Of a stretch of DNA of 64,000 nt, positions 37,337-48,552 are shown one piece after another; the first letter of the stretch is position 1; every line of letters starts with the position of its first letter. The position numbers and the translations under genes were made by a program. The stretch is from Malacoraja senta. Its lineage: Eukaryota. The stretch spans positions 3,162,001 through 3,226,000 of the forward strand of contig CM075988.1 of assembly GCA_038087875.1 (NCBI GenBank). Reading direction: 5' to 3'. The notes beneath the pieces were generated by a model. It saw only the letters and a program-made list of their open reading frames with translations, made no database searches and had not been told where the DNA came from.

Positions 37337-37364
37337 CTGAAGAAGGGTTTCGACCGGAAACGTT
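37337..37364 (+). ncRNA. Minimal type I hammerhead ribozyme core (Penelope pLTR)
   Basis: CTGAAGA-A-ggg/tttcga/ccg-GAAA-CGTT. Confidence 0.55.
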
Positions 37365-37639
37365 GCATATTTCCTTCGCTCCATAGATGCTGCCTCACCT
37401 GCTAAGTTTCTCCAGCATTTTTGTCTACCGCAAAACGTCAACGATTCCGGGAATGCCGAGAGAGCTAGAGAGAGAGGTGGGGAACGGGGGAGAGAGCGCG
37501 CGAGAGAGAGAGGGAGGGAGAGAGTGAAAGACAGAGAGACACAACGTGGGTCAGTAGGTAAATTGAATGACTAACCTGCTGCAGACCAAGAATCTCACCA
37601 AGAAGAAGTCCTCAATCATGGTGAGTTTTAAGAAATTCT

Positions 37640-37814
37640 CAATGTGTCATTAATGCATCAATCTACATTCCTCAGTAAATGTAATTATGATTTGAAGAAG
37701 TGTTAATGACGCCGTGTGAATTGTATTCAAAGGAACGCAGCGTCATTAATACTTCTTCAAAAACACAATTACATTTACTGAGGAATGTGGATCGATGCAT
37801 TGATGACGCATTGG
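37640..37814. repeat. ~70-bp-arm hairpin in the hAT subterminal region
   Basis: 37640-37712 pairs with 37739-37814. Confidence 0.8.
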
Positions 37815-38431
37815 ATAACTACTTGTTAAATCCTGGCTGTTAACAAGTGCTACAGTAGTTAACACATCGTTTGTGTCTATGGCCGTACAGCGCTTGTTAT
37901 CCTTGTAAGTTTTGTAAAAAAATCCGTATGGCGAATGTTTTTTTAAAAATCTTTATTTAACAAAGCGAATTTGTATTTCCATATGAAATCCGGAAAATTA
38001 ACGCAGGGCTCCCCTTGGGCGCGGGGCCCAATTTGGAAAAATCGGTCCAATCGGCCTAAGGCCGGCCCTGCGGTCACAGGGAGAGTGTACACACTCTGTA
38101 CAGACAGCACCCGTAGTCGGGATCGAACCCGGGTCTCTGGCGCTTTAAGCCGCTGTAAGTATGTAAAATGGTTTGCCCAGGAGTAAACAGACTGGAGAAT
38201 CATGATAGGAAATGAGGTCAAGATAGAGAATGTAACTTGAAGGTCATGCAAGGAAGGTCATGAAGAAAGGAAGCAATTACATCATAGGAAGTGTTTAGAT
38301 TTCACTTGCACTTTATGTGCAATGTAACGAATAAAACTGATTGATTGATTGATTGATTACAACCCACAGCGAGCTGCAGCAAAGATAAACACAGGGTGCA
38401 TGTAAATCAGGCTGTGATAAGATAGGCCTAT

Positions 38432-39110
38432 GTGATCTCCTGGTTGTTTAATGCTTTAACTCTCCCTCCCATTCTCATACTCACCTCACTCTGACAGTGG
38501 AGGAGGCCCAGTGCAAATTGGAGAATCAGCACCTCATATTTAGTTTGGGCAGCTTACACCCCAGCGGTATGAATATTGATTTCAGCAGTATGAATATTGA
38601 TTTCTCTAACTTCAAGTAACCCTTGCTTTCCCTCTCTCTCCATCCCTCCCCCACCCTAGTTCTCCGACTAGTTCTACTGTCCTCCTGATAAAATATTACT
38701 GATTGAATGCCTCGATGTCATCTACCCCATAGCCAACAATGGACCATTCTACATTTCCTTATCATCATCCGCTTTGATCTGTCGTTTTCACACCTTACCC
38801 GTCTATATCTCTAGACTTCCTCTCCCCTGACTCGGTCTGCAGAAGGGTCTCGCCCCAAATATCACATATTCCTTTTCTCCAGAGAAGCTGCCTGTCCCGC
38901 TGAGCAACTCCAGCATTTTATGTCTATCATAAGATAAGTGGGGTTATTTACAGAACAAATGGGGATATGGCTTGTGAGGCAATGGAAGACAAGCCCTAGC
39001 TGTCAGACAAAACAAAGACACAAAGTGCTGGAGTAACTCAGCGGCTCAAGCTGCATTGCTGGAGAACAAGGATAGGTGACGTTTCAGTTCAGGAACCTTC
39101 CTCGGACTCC
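38432..39110 (+). mobile_element. Penelope 3' remnant and pLTRs
   Basis: KLENQHLIFSLGSL coding, pLTR at 38830-38930, inverted pLTR at ~39015-39110. Confidence 0.75.
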
Positions 39111-39217
39111 AGCTGTGAGGCAGATGGTGACAACTCACACAGGGATAAACAAAGATAGATGTGGTGTCAGGGATGCCACCAGATTAACAATGACTACACT
39201 GACACTTGTAGTGGGGT

Positions 39218-39575
39218 GAATCATGAGAGGAATAGATTGGGTAGATGCACAGAGTCTTTTACCCACAGTAGGGGAATCGAGGACCAGAGGATGTAGGTTC
39301 AAGGTGAAGAGGAAAAGATTTAATAAGAATCCGAGGGGTAACTTTTTCACACAGAGGGTGGTGGGTGTATGGAACAAGCTGCCAGAGGAGGTAGTTGAGG
39401 CTGGGACTATCCCACTGTTTAAGAAACAGTTGGACAGGTACATGGATAGGACAGGTTTGGAGGGATATGGACCAAGTGCAGGCAAGTAGGTCTAGTGTAG
39501 CTGGGACATTGTTGGCCGGTGTGGGCGAGTTGGGCCGAAGGGCCTGTTTCCACACTGTATCACTCTTTGACTCTA
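39218..39575 (+). mobile_element. CR1 LINE 3' end
   Basis: ORF 39223-39489 (NFFTQRVVGVWNKLP) plus 3' UTR. Confidence 0.85.
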
Positions 39576-39761
39576 ATAGACCAGAAGGACCGGGTCTGCA
39601 TGATCTCACAGTCCCTCGTCCTCAGTAGGACGGCACTGTGGTGAGGATTATCGTAGAGAATGATATGTCCCCTACCCTCACTGATTCACTGGTCAGGAAG
39701 TCGAGGATCCAGTTGCAGAGGTGAGTGCTGATTCCAAGTTTCTTGACTTTGGAGTTGGGCT

Positions 39762-41260
39762 TGGTGGGTGTATGGAATGAGCTGCCAGAGGAGGTAGTTG
39801 AGGCAGGTACTGGAACAACATTTAAAAGGCATTTGGATAGGAGCATGGTTTAGAGGGATAAGGGCCAAACGCGGGCAGGTGGGACTAGTGTAGTTGGGGC
39901 ATCTTGGTTGGCATGGGATGTTGGGCCGAAGGGCCTGTTTGTCTACTGTATGACCCTCTTGGGTGGGGGAGGGATGGAGAGAGAGGGAAAGCAAAGGTTA
40001 TATAAGTTAGATAAATCAATATTCATACCATTGGGTTGCAAACTGCCCAAGCGAAATATGAGGTGCTGTTCCTCCAATTTGTGTTGGGCCACACTCTGAC
40101 AGTGGAGGAGGCCCAGGACAGAAAGGTCAGTGTGTGAAATACATCTCTGTAAAACACACACAACAGTCTCTCAGCACCCTAAGGTAGGTGAGCCTAACTT
40201 AAGGCAGCTTACAACCCAGCGGTATGAATATTGTGTTTACTAACTTCAAGTACTGTAACCCTTGCTTTCCTTCTCTCTCCATCCCTCCCCCACCGACTAG
40301 TTTCACTGTCCCCCTGATTAATGTCACTGTTTGTGTGCCTTGTTGCCACCTTCCCCTCAGCCAACAATGAACCATTCAGCATTTCCTTGTACAGCATCTG
40401 CTTTAATTGGTCGTTTTCACACCTTACCCTTCCATTTCGCTAGTTTCCCTTTCCCCAGGCTCTCGGACTGAAGAAGCTTGTTTTCAGTAGCATGGGTGTT
40501 TGGTAATGGTGTGTTGGATGCGGAAATGAAAACCGCTGTGGTGTCACCTGCAGACTAACATCTTGCACCCTGCTCCCTGGGGAAGTGGTTGCTTGTGCTC
40601 GGGGCGAGAATTCAGTGACAGATACAACAGTCTGCTTCCTGGCCAGTCCTTTCTGAAACTGGCCTTCTTCCGATCAGTGAAAGGACTGTGCAGAGGATTT
40701 GTTTTTTAACAAAATTAATTATCAATTATTGCAATGATAGATACAATGCAAAACAACACCAAATAATCCCACCACCATAATACAACATCATCCAATTATC
40801 TAAAATAATATTCCTAAATTGTGCACTCTTAAACAACCATATTATAATCCTTTGTCAAGGATGCATTGTGGTCTTTATGGAATCTGGACTGTATAGCTGC
40901 AAGAGTTTTCTCAGAAACTAAACACCATCTGTTTGGAAGCGAACTGTCAAAGACCTTACACATGGCATGGAGGAGATGCAGGCAGTAATTCAAACCACTG
41001 TTGTGTAGATTTGATGACATCCACAATCTCAGACCTGTATTTAAGATTTAGATTAATGTCAGTTTTGTTTGTTAAGAACAGGAGGTGCTGTAAATATTCA
41101 GCAGCTCAGGCCAGTCAGGGTGCCATGGTGGTGCAGAGGTAATGTTGCTGCCTCACAGCGCCAGGGACCCAGGTTCGATCCTGACCTCGGGTGCAGTCTG
41201 TGTGGAGTTTGCACATTCTCCTTGTGACGGTGTGTGTTTCCTCCGGGTGCTCCGGTTTCC
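39762..41260 (+). repeat. Inverted segmental duplication, arm 1 (CR1 tail, Penelope pieces, degenerate Tx1-like end, SINE head)
   Basis: Reverse complement of 42195-44117, including identical junctions between unrelated repeats. Confidence 0.9.
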
Positions 41261-42194
41261 TTCCACATCAATGAATTGGCCTCAGTAAATTGCCCCTTAT
41301 GTGTCGGGAGTGGATGTGAAAGTCAAATAACATGGGGCTGGTATGAAAGGGGGATCGCTGGTCGGCGTGGACTCAATGAGCCGAAGCGGTTTCCATGCTG
41401 TGTCTCCAAACTAATAACTAAACGAATAATGTGACTCATGCAAACGGGTCATCAATGGTTGGCCTGGACTTTGTGGGCAGAAGGGCCTGTTTCCATGCTG
41501 TACCACTAAACCGAAATATCTGCAAAGGGGGGAAAAAACAGTACACTTTGGCTCAGTGGTTTCTCATGAGATGAAAATTTAGAGATGAAAGATGTTTTGA
41601 ATTGCAGAGATGTGTTGGAGGATAAAGGGGATGTCAGAGCAACTGACAGATGTTTGTAATGACTGTTAAGAGGATGTGTCAGCAAGATCCAGACTGAGAT
41701 GAATAAAACAAAAACCAAATGCTGGAACTACGAAATATATCACACACTTAATGGAAAGTTGAAATGAAACCAGGCAGTCAGGCAGTACCCTCCTCCTTGG
41801 CCAGAGTGAGGCCATGTGTAATCTGGAGGAACAACACCTCATGTTTCACTTGGGTATCTTAAAACCGGTGGCACGGTGGCGCAGTGGTAGAGGTACAGCC
41901 TTACAGCGCCAGAGACCCGGGTTCAAACCAATTCCCTTTTATGATTCCTCTTTCCCCTCTCCCCTCTCCCATTGTCCCTTTCCACCTATATTTACATCTA
42001 GCTTTACATTTAGTTTAGTTCGGAGATACAGCGCGGAAACAGCGATCCCTGCACACCAATACCACAATCTCCTACACGCACTAGGGACAATTTTACATCT
42101 GTACGTAAGGGCCTGTCCCACTTAGGCGATTTTTCAGCAGACTGCCGGCGACAGGCCCTTTACAAACCTGGGCGTCTTTGGAGTTCAGGATGAA

Positions 42195-44117
42195 ACCGAA
42201 GGTCTTGGAGAAAACCCACGCAGGTCATGGGGAGAACGTGCAAACTCCACACAGACTGTACCCGAGGTCAGGATCAAACCTGGGTCCCTGGCGCTGTGAG
42301 GCAGCAACACTACCGCTGCACCACCGTGCCACCCTGACAGGGCCTGAGCTGCTGAATATTTACTGCTCATCCTGTTCTTAACGATCAAAACTGACATTAA
42401 TCTAAATTTTAAACACAGGTCTGAGATTGTGGATGCCATCAAATCTACACAACAACAGTGGTTTGAATTACTGCCTGCATCTCCTCCATGCCATGTGTAA
42501 GGTCCTTGATTGTTCGCTTCCAAACAGATGGTGATTAGTTTCTGAGAAAGCTCTTGCAGCTATACAGTCCAGATTCCATAAAGACCACAATGCATCCTTG
42601 ACAAAGGATTATTATATGGTTGTTTAAGTCAAGAGTCAAGAGAGTTTTATTGTCATGTGTCCCAGATAGGACAATGAAATTCTTACTTGCTGCAGCACAA
42701 CATAATATGTAAACTTAATACATGACGGGAGAAGAAAAAATAGTTAATTGTATATATATACACATGCACACAATAACAATAATAGTCTGTTGTAGTTCAG
42801 AGCTTATTAGTTCTCGTGTTTAATAGCCTGATGGCTGCAGGGAAGAGGCTGTTAATGAACCTGAACGTTACAGTTTTCAGGTTCCTGTACCTTCTTCCCA
42901 ATGGCAGTGGTGAGATGAGTATGTGGCCAGGATGGTGTGGGTCTTTGATGATGCTGGCTGTCTTTTTGAGGCAGCGACTTCGATAGATCCATTCGATGGT
43001 GGGGAGGTCAGAGCCGATGATGGACTGGGCAGTGGTCACAACTTTTTGCACAATTAAATTATTATAGATAATTGGGTGATTTGGATTATGGTGGTGGGTT
43101 TGTTTCGTATTGTTTTGCATTGTATATATTATTGCAATAGTTGATTACATTTATTTTGTTGAAAAACAAATCCTCTGCACAGTCCATCCACTGACCTCCC
43201 ACAACAAGGCCAGTTTCAGAAAGGACTGGCCAGGAAGCAGACTGTTGTATCTGTCACTGAATTCTTGCCCCGATCACAAGTAGCCACTTGCCCAGGAAGC
43301 AAGGTGCAAGGCGTCGGTCTGCGGGTGACACCACAGCGGGTTTCATTTCCCCATCCAACACACCGTTACCAAACACCCATGCTACTGAAAACAGGCTTCT
43401 TCAGTCCGAGAGCCTGGGGAAAGGGAAACTTGCGAAATGGAAGGGTAAGGTGTGAAAACGACCAATTAAAGCAGATGCTGTACAAGGAAATGCTGAATGG
43501 TTCATTGTTGGCTGAGGGGAAGGTGGCAACAAGGCACAAAAACAGTGACATTAATCAGGGACAGTGAAACTAGTCGGTGGGGGAGGGATGGAGAGAGAAG
43601 GAAAGCAAGGGTTACATTACTTGAAGTTAGTGAACACAATATTCATACCTCTGGGTTGTAAATGGCCTTATGTTAGGCTCACCTACCTTAGGGAGCTGAG
43701 AGACTGTTGTGTGTGTTTTACAGAGATGTATTTCACATACTGACCTTTCTGTCCTGGGCCTCCTCCACTGTCAGAGTGCGACCCAACACAAATTGGAGGA
43801 GCAGCATCTCATATTTTGCTTGGGCAGTTTGCAACCCAATGGTATGAATATTAATTTCTCTAACGTATAACCCTTGCTTTCCCTCTCTCTCCATTCCTCC
43901 CCCACCCAAGAGAGTCATACAGTACAGAAACAGGCCCTTCGGCCCAACATTCCCATGCCAACCAAGATGCCCCATCTACACTAGTCCCACCTGCCCGCAT
44001 TTGGCCCATATCCCTCTAAACCTATCCTATCCATGCTCCTGTCCAAATGCCTTTTAAATGTTGTTCCAGTACCTGCCTCAACTACCTCCTCTGGCAGCTC
44101 GTTCCATACACCCACCA
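42195..44117 (-). repeat. Inverted segmental duplication, arm 2
   Basis: e.g. 40141-40198 vs 43672-43729 and 40846-41110 vs 42345-42612. Confidence 0.9.
42628..43048 (-). mobile_element. Rex/Babar LINE 3' end, present only in arm 2
   Basis: QKVVTTAQSIIG...IIKDPHHPGH...LPLGRRYR...SLFPAAIRLLN; (tcttgac)n tail. Confidence 0.88.
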
Positions 44118-44964
44118 CCTTCTGTGTGACAAAGTGCATTACCTCATGCTTTCTCCTTAAACTGCATTTGCCACCTGTCTGCCCTGCTAACCTTATCATC
44201 AGTCTTCCTGAAGTGCAAAGCTCTCCTCCTTACTGTTGCCCTTACATGTATTTTTTGATAATTTGCAGGATTTCTTATGCCCCTGTGTTTAAGATGAATC
44301 ATTAATACGTTTTGTAAAAAGCAATAGAGTAGGTCGTGAACAATCTTTCTGTCACAAAATCTCTCTTCAGCCATTGTACTTTGCATCCTGCCAGGGAATG
44401 TACGTGGTCACGGGGAGAAGTACAAACTCTGTACAGACAAGAACCCGTAGTTGGGATGGAACCTGGGACTCTGGCGCTATAAGCACTGTAAGGCAGCAAC
44501 TCTACCGCTGCGCCACCGTGCCGCCCAAAATGTCACTCCTCTTCCGTCCTTATCTGACACCCTTTTGTCTCCTTCTCGCCCTAGTCCACTCACTCCCCCA
44601 TTTATATTTCCAGCTTTCTCCTTATCAGTCTGAAGAAGGGTTCTGATCTTTAGTTCTGACCTGAAACATCGTCTGTCCGTTCCTGCTGGAGCCACTGAGT
44701 TACAATACAATACAATTTATTTGTCTTTTGGACAAATTTGTCATTTGGACCCCTTGAGGTCCAAACGAAATGTTGTTTCTGCAGCCATACATTACAAAAC
44801 GAAGAAGACCCGAGACACAACACAATTTACACATACATCCATCACAGCGCTGTGATGGAAGGCAAAAAAACCTTATCTCTCCACTCCCCCCCCCCCCCCC
44901 CCCCCCATGTCAGAGTCAAAGCCAAAGCCCCTCCTGTGTTTTGAGTCAGGCAGTTTCTTTGGAG

Positions 44965-45825
44965 AGTAAAGTAAAGTAAGTTTATTTATATAGCGCCTTT
45001 CAATCAGATTACTGAAACCAAAGCGCTTTACAGACAATTAACCATATAAATAAAAAATAAAAAGGTAGAATAAAAAAGACACGACACACTATTTAGAGAT
45101 TCAACATGAACATTCCCCCATAGCAGAGTCGACACTCTCCACCGTGAGGGAAAGGCACCAAAGTGTCCAGTCCTCCTCCTAGTCCACCCGAGATCGGGGC
45201 CAGTCTGAGGGCTCCGCAGCCAGTCGCCGCAACGGCAGCCCGATGTTATAGGCCCCACCCGCCGGAAGCTGGAACACGGCATCGGGTGGAAAATCCTCAA
45301 TGGCTTGGAAGTGTCTGGAGCGGCCGCTCCCTCCCCGGAGACTGCGACGCCCGTAGTCCTCAGGCCGCGCCGGTTGGAGCTTCGACTCTGACTCCGCGGT
45401 GTTTTCGACCCAGTGCCGCCCGCCCGTGGCAGGACGCCTTCAGACCGCAGACCGCAGCTGCTTGATGTTGGTGGTCGGCGGTCACAGCACTCCGGAGCGG
45501 CGACCCAGCAAGGCATCGCCCGCTCCATGTTGGTGTCCCAGCGCTGTGCCGCCGAAGCTGTGGTCCCGGCAGGAACGCTGCTCCAGCTCGATGGAAGACC
45601 GCATGGGGAGAGCAAAGATGCGATTCGGAGGAAAACCGCATCTCCGACCAGGTAGGACTGGAGTTGAAACAGTTTTCCCCCCTACATAGAGAAAGAATAG
45701 ACCTCCAAATAAAAATAGACAAAATAGACAAAAAAAGGGTTAGAGGACGGACTGCAGGCAGGCAAGCCCGCACAACCGGCGCCCACTCCTGCACATCCGC
45801 CATCCAAGTAGAGAGTGAGAAAAAC
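44965..45825 (-). mobile_element. GC-rich non-coding non-autonomous retroelement with L2-type 3' tail
   Basis: Minus-strand tail taaagcgctttgg...gaaaggcgctatataaataaac(ttact)n; head resembles that of 19690-20517. Confidence 0.6.
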
Positions 45826-45937
45826 TAAGCAAACTTTACAGATTAAAGACCTTGCAATAGAACCGGCTGGGTCTGACACAACCTGGAAATGTTATTTGAA
45901 ATCATTGAATTGACTGCTGACTCCCTGTTACTGTGTT

Positions 45938-46470
45938 TAACTGCAGATGCTGGAAAAATCGAAGGTAAATAAAAAAGCTGTAGAAACTCAGCGGGTGAGC
46001 TTGCATCTATGGAGCGAAGGAATAGGCGACGTTTTGGGTCGAGACCCTTCTTCTGTGATCCTGGCCTCTGGTAGCAAGTCAAAGTCCAGGGGAATGGGAG
46101 GGGGGGGACGAGGAACTGCAAGCCAAGAGTGGACAAATGGATACTCTTGTGGACAAGGGACATCGAGGCATACAAAGATAAAAATTCAATCAGAACAGTC
46201 AGACTGGTATGCCTCGTTTGTCACATTCCCCTAGCTGACAATAATCTATTCTACATTTTCCTTGAACTGCAACCCCTTTTTGTTCTCTCATTTTCACACC
46301 TCACCCTTCCATATCTCCGTGTCTCCCTCTCCCCTGACTCTCAGTCTGAAGAAAGGTCTTGACCTGAAACATCACCATTACTTCTCTCCAGAGATGCTGA
46401 CTGTCCCGCCGAGTTTCTCCAGCATTTTATGTCTGACTTCGATATAAACCAGCACCTGCAGTTCCATCCA
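45938..46470. mobile_element. Penelope pLTR / 3' UTR fragments in both orientations
   Basis: pLTR consensus; hammerhead-like core at 46346-46373. Confidence 0.7.
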
Positions 46471-46837
46471 ACTAAATTTGGATGTTTAAATTAATACAGG
46501 GTGGAAAGAGTCCCTTCGGCCCACTGAGTCCACGCCAACAGCAATCCCCAGCACTATCCTACACATACTGTGTCCCACTGCCTGTCCCGCTGTTACTCCA
46601 GCATTGTGTCTCGATCCAAAATTAGTGTTGTGAAAGCTGACTCTCTGATTACACAAATGCCCCAATTATTGATAAACAGAGCACATATGACGAGCACCAT
46701 ATCTGATGTGCCAAGTGACAAAGTAGGTCTGGTCTGCAGGTTTACTTGAACTATATCACAATGATGCAAGATAACCTGGTGCTGTAGGCGAGTTAATGTA
46801 CCCCATTGTCTCACATTTGGCTCCTACATATATAGTA

Positions 46838-47530
46838 TAGTTTAGTTTAGTTTGGTTTAGAAATACAGCGCGGAAACAGGCCCTTCAGCCCACCGAGTCT
46901 GCACTGACCAGCGATCCCGCACTTTTTATAGTAACTTATAAAATTATAAAAGGACTGGACAAGCTAGATGCAGGAAAATGTTCCCAAGGTTGGGGGAGTC
47001 CAGAACCAGGGACCACAGTCTAAGAATAAAGGGGAGACCATTTAAAACTGAGATGAGAAAAAACGTTTTCATCCAGAGAGTTGTGAATTTGTGGAATTCT
47101 CTGCCACAGAGGGCAGTGGAGGCCAATTCACTGGATGGATTTAAAAGAGAATTAGATAGAGCTCTAGGGGTTTGTGGAATCAAGGGATATGGGGAGAAGG
47201 CAGGCACGGGTTATTGATTGGGGACGATCAGCCATGATCACAATGAATGGCGGTGCAGGCTCGAAGGGCTAAATGGCCTCCTCCTGCACCTATTTTCTAT
47301 GTTCTATGTTCCTATTAACACTATCTTGCACACACTAGGGGCAATTTTACATTTATACAAAGTCTATTAACCTACAAACCTGTACGTCTTTGAAGTGTGG
47401 GAGGAAAACAAACATCTCGGAGAAAACCCAAGCAGGTCACGGGGAGAACGTACAAACTCCGTACAGACAGCATCCGTAGTCGGGATCAAACCCGGGTCTT
47501 CGGCGCTGTAAGCGCTGTAAGGCAGCTGTT
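46838..47530 (-). mobile_element. SINE interrupted by a plus-strand CR1 3' end (46930-47312)
   Basis: SINE tail 46838-46923; CR1 MFPRLGESRTR ORF and (ttctatg)n tail; SINE resumes at 47313. Confidence 0.8.
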
Positions 47531-48552
47531 CCGTGCGCTTGTAACTTTGTCCAAAAATAATGCCTAGCACATCGAACATAGAACGTAGAACAGTGCGGCA
47601 CATGAACAGGCCCTTCGGCCCACAATGTCCGTGCTGAACATGATGCCGTTAAACTAACCTGCTCTGCCTCTGTGTGATCCATATCCCGTCATTCCTGCAG
47701 ATCCGTGTGCTTCTCTAAAAGCCTCTTTAATGCCACTGTCGTATCTGCCTCCACCATCAGTGCTGCAGCAGGTTCCAGACCCCAGACTGCGTAAAAAACT
47801 TAAAGCCCCGCACTTCTTTAAATGTTTCCCCCTCTCCTTAAAGCTGTCATTCTGTACATAACTCTCCCGGCAAGCAGCAGGCCGGGACACAGGTGGCAAG
47901 CAGGCCCGACTCCCCCACTGCGGACTGTCGTTGGAGGAGGACCTGCCCATGTGGATCGATGACGGAGAACATTGAAACATAGAAACATAGAAAATAGCTG
48001 GATGAGTAGGCCATCTGGCCCTTCGAGCCAGCACCACCATTCAACATGATCATGGCTGATCATCCAAAACCAGTACCCCGTTCCTGCCTTCTTCCCATAT
48101 CCCACTCGGTGGGCCCGGCTTGCCCACCCCGGACCCAGCATGTGGGGGCCGCCGAGAACAACAAAGGGGAAACTGGCCACGTGCGGCGGCATGGCAGCAG
48201 ATAGGAATGTGTAGGAAGGAACTGCAGATGCTGGTTTAAACCGATGATAGACACAAAATGCTGGAGTAGCAGTGGGACAGACAGCATCTCCGGAGAAAAG
48301 GAACAGGTGCCGTTTCAGATCTTGACACGATTGCCACCTATTCCTTTACTCCAGAGATGCAGTCTGACCCGCGGAGTTACTCCAACTTTTTGTGTCTATC
48401 TTTAGTAGACAGGACTGTTCCGTGCTTTTGTAACTTTGTCCATGCCAACACGTGGCCACACTTGTGTGTTGCCAAGGTTAAATGCAAAGCAAAGCATTTC
48501 ACTGTACATGTGCCAATAAAGTATCACATTCATTCATTCATTCAATTATATA

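Larger units (their letters stand above)
35067..37426. mobile_element. Penelope-derived mini-element (inverted pLTR pair) split by a Harbinger MITE
   Basis: 13-bp TSD accgcaaaacgtc at 35054-35066 and 37427-37439; pLTR sequence continuous across 35132/37303. Confidence 0.85.
20641..38070 (-). mobile_element. hAT DNA transposon (Tip100/ZMYM1-like), 17.4 kb including nested insertions
   Basis: Perfect 16-bp TIRs cagggccggccttagg (20641-20656) / cctaaggccggccctg (38055-38070); 8-bp TSD cagtcatg / cggtcaca, both derivable from cggtcacg by CpG decay; host SINE continuous across it. Confidence 0.93.

Noticed and set aside
45028..45879. Several overlapping 80-195 aa ORFs
   Set aside because: Expected by chance in GC-rich repeat DNA; no recognisable domains.
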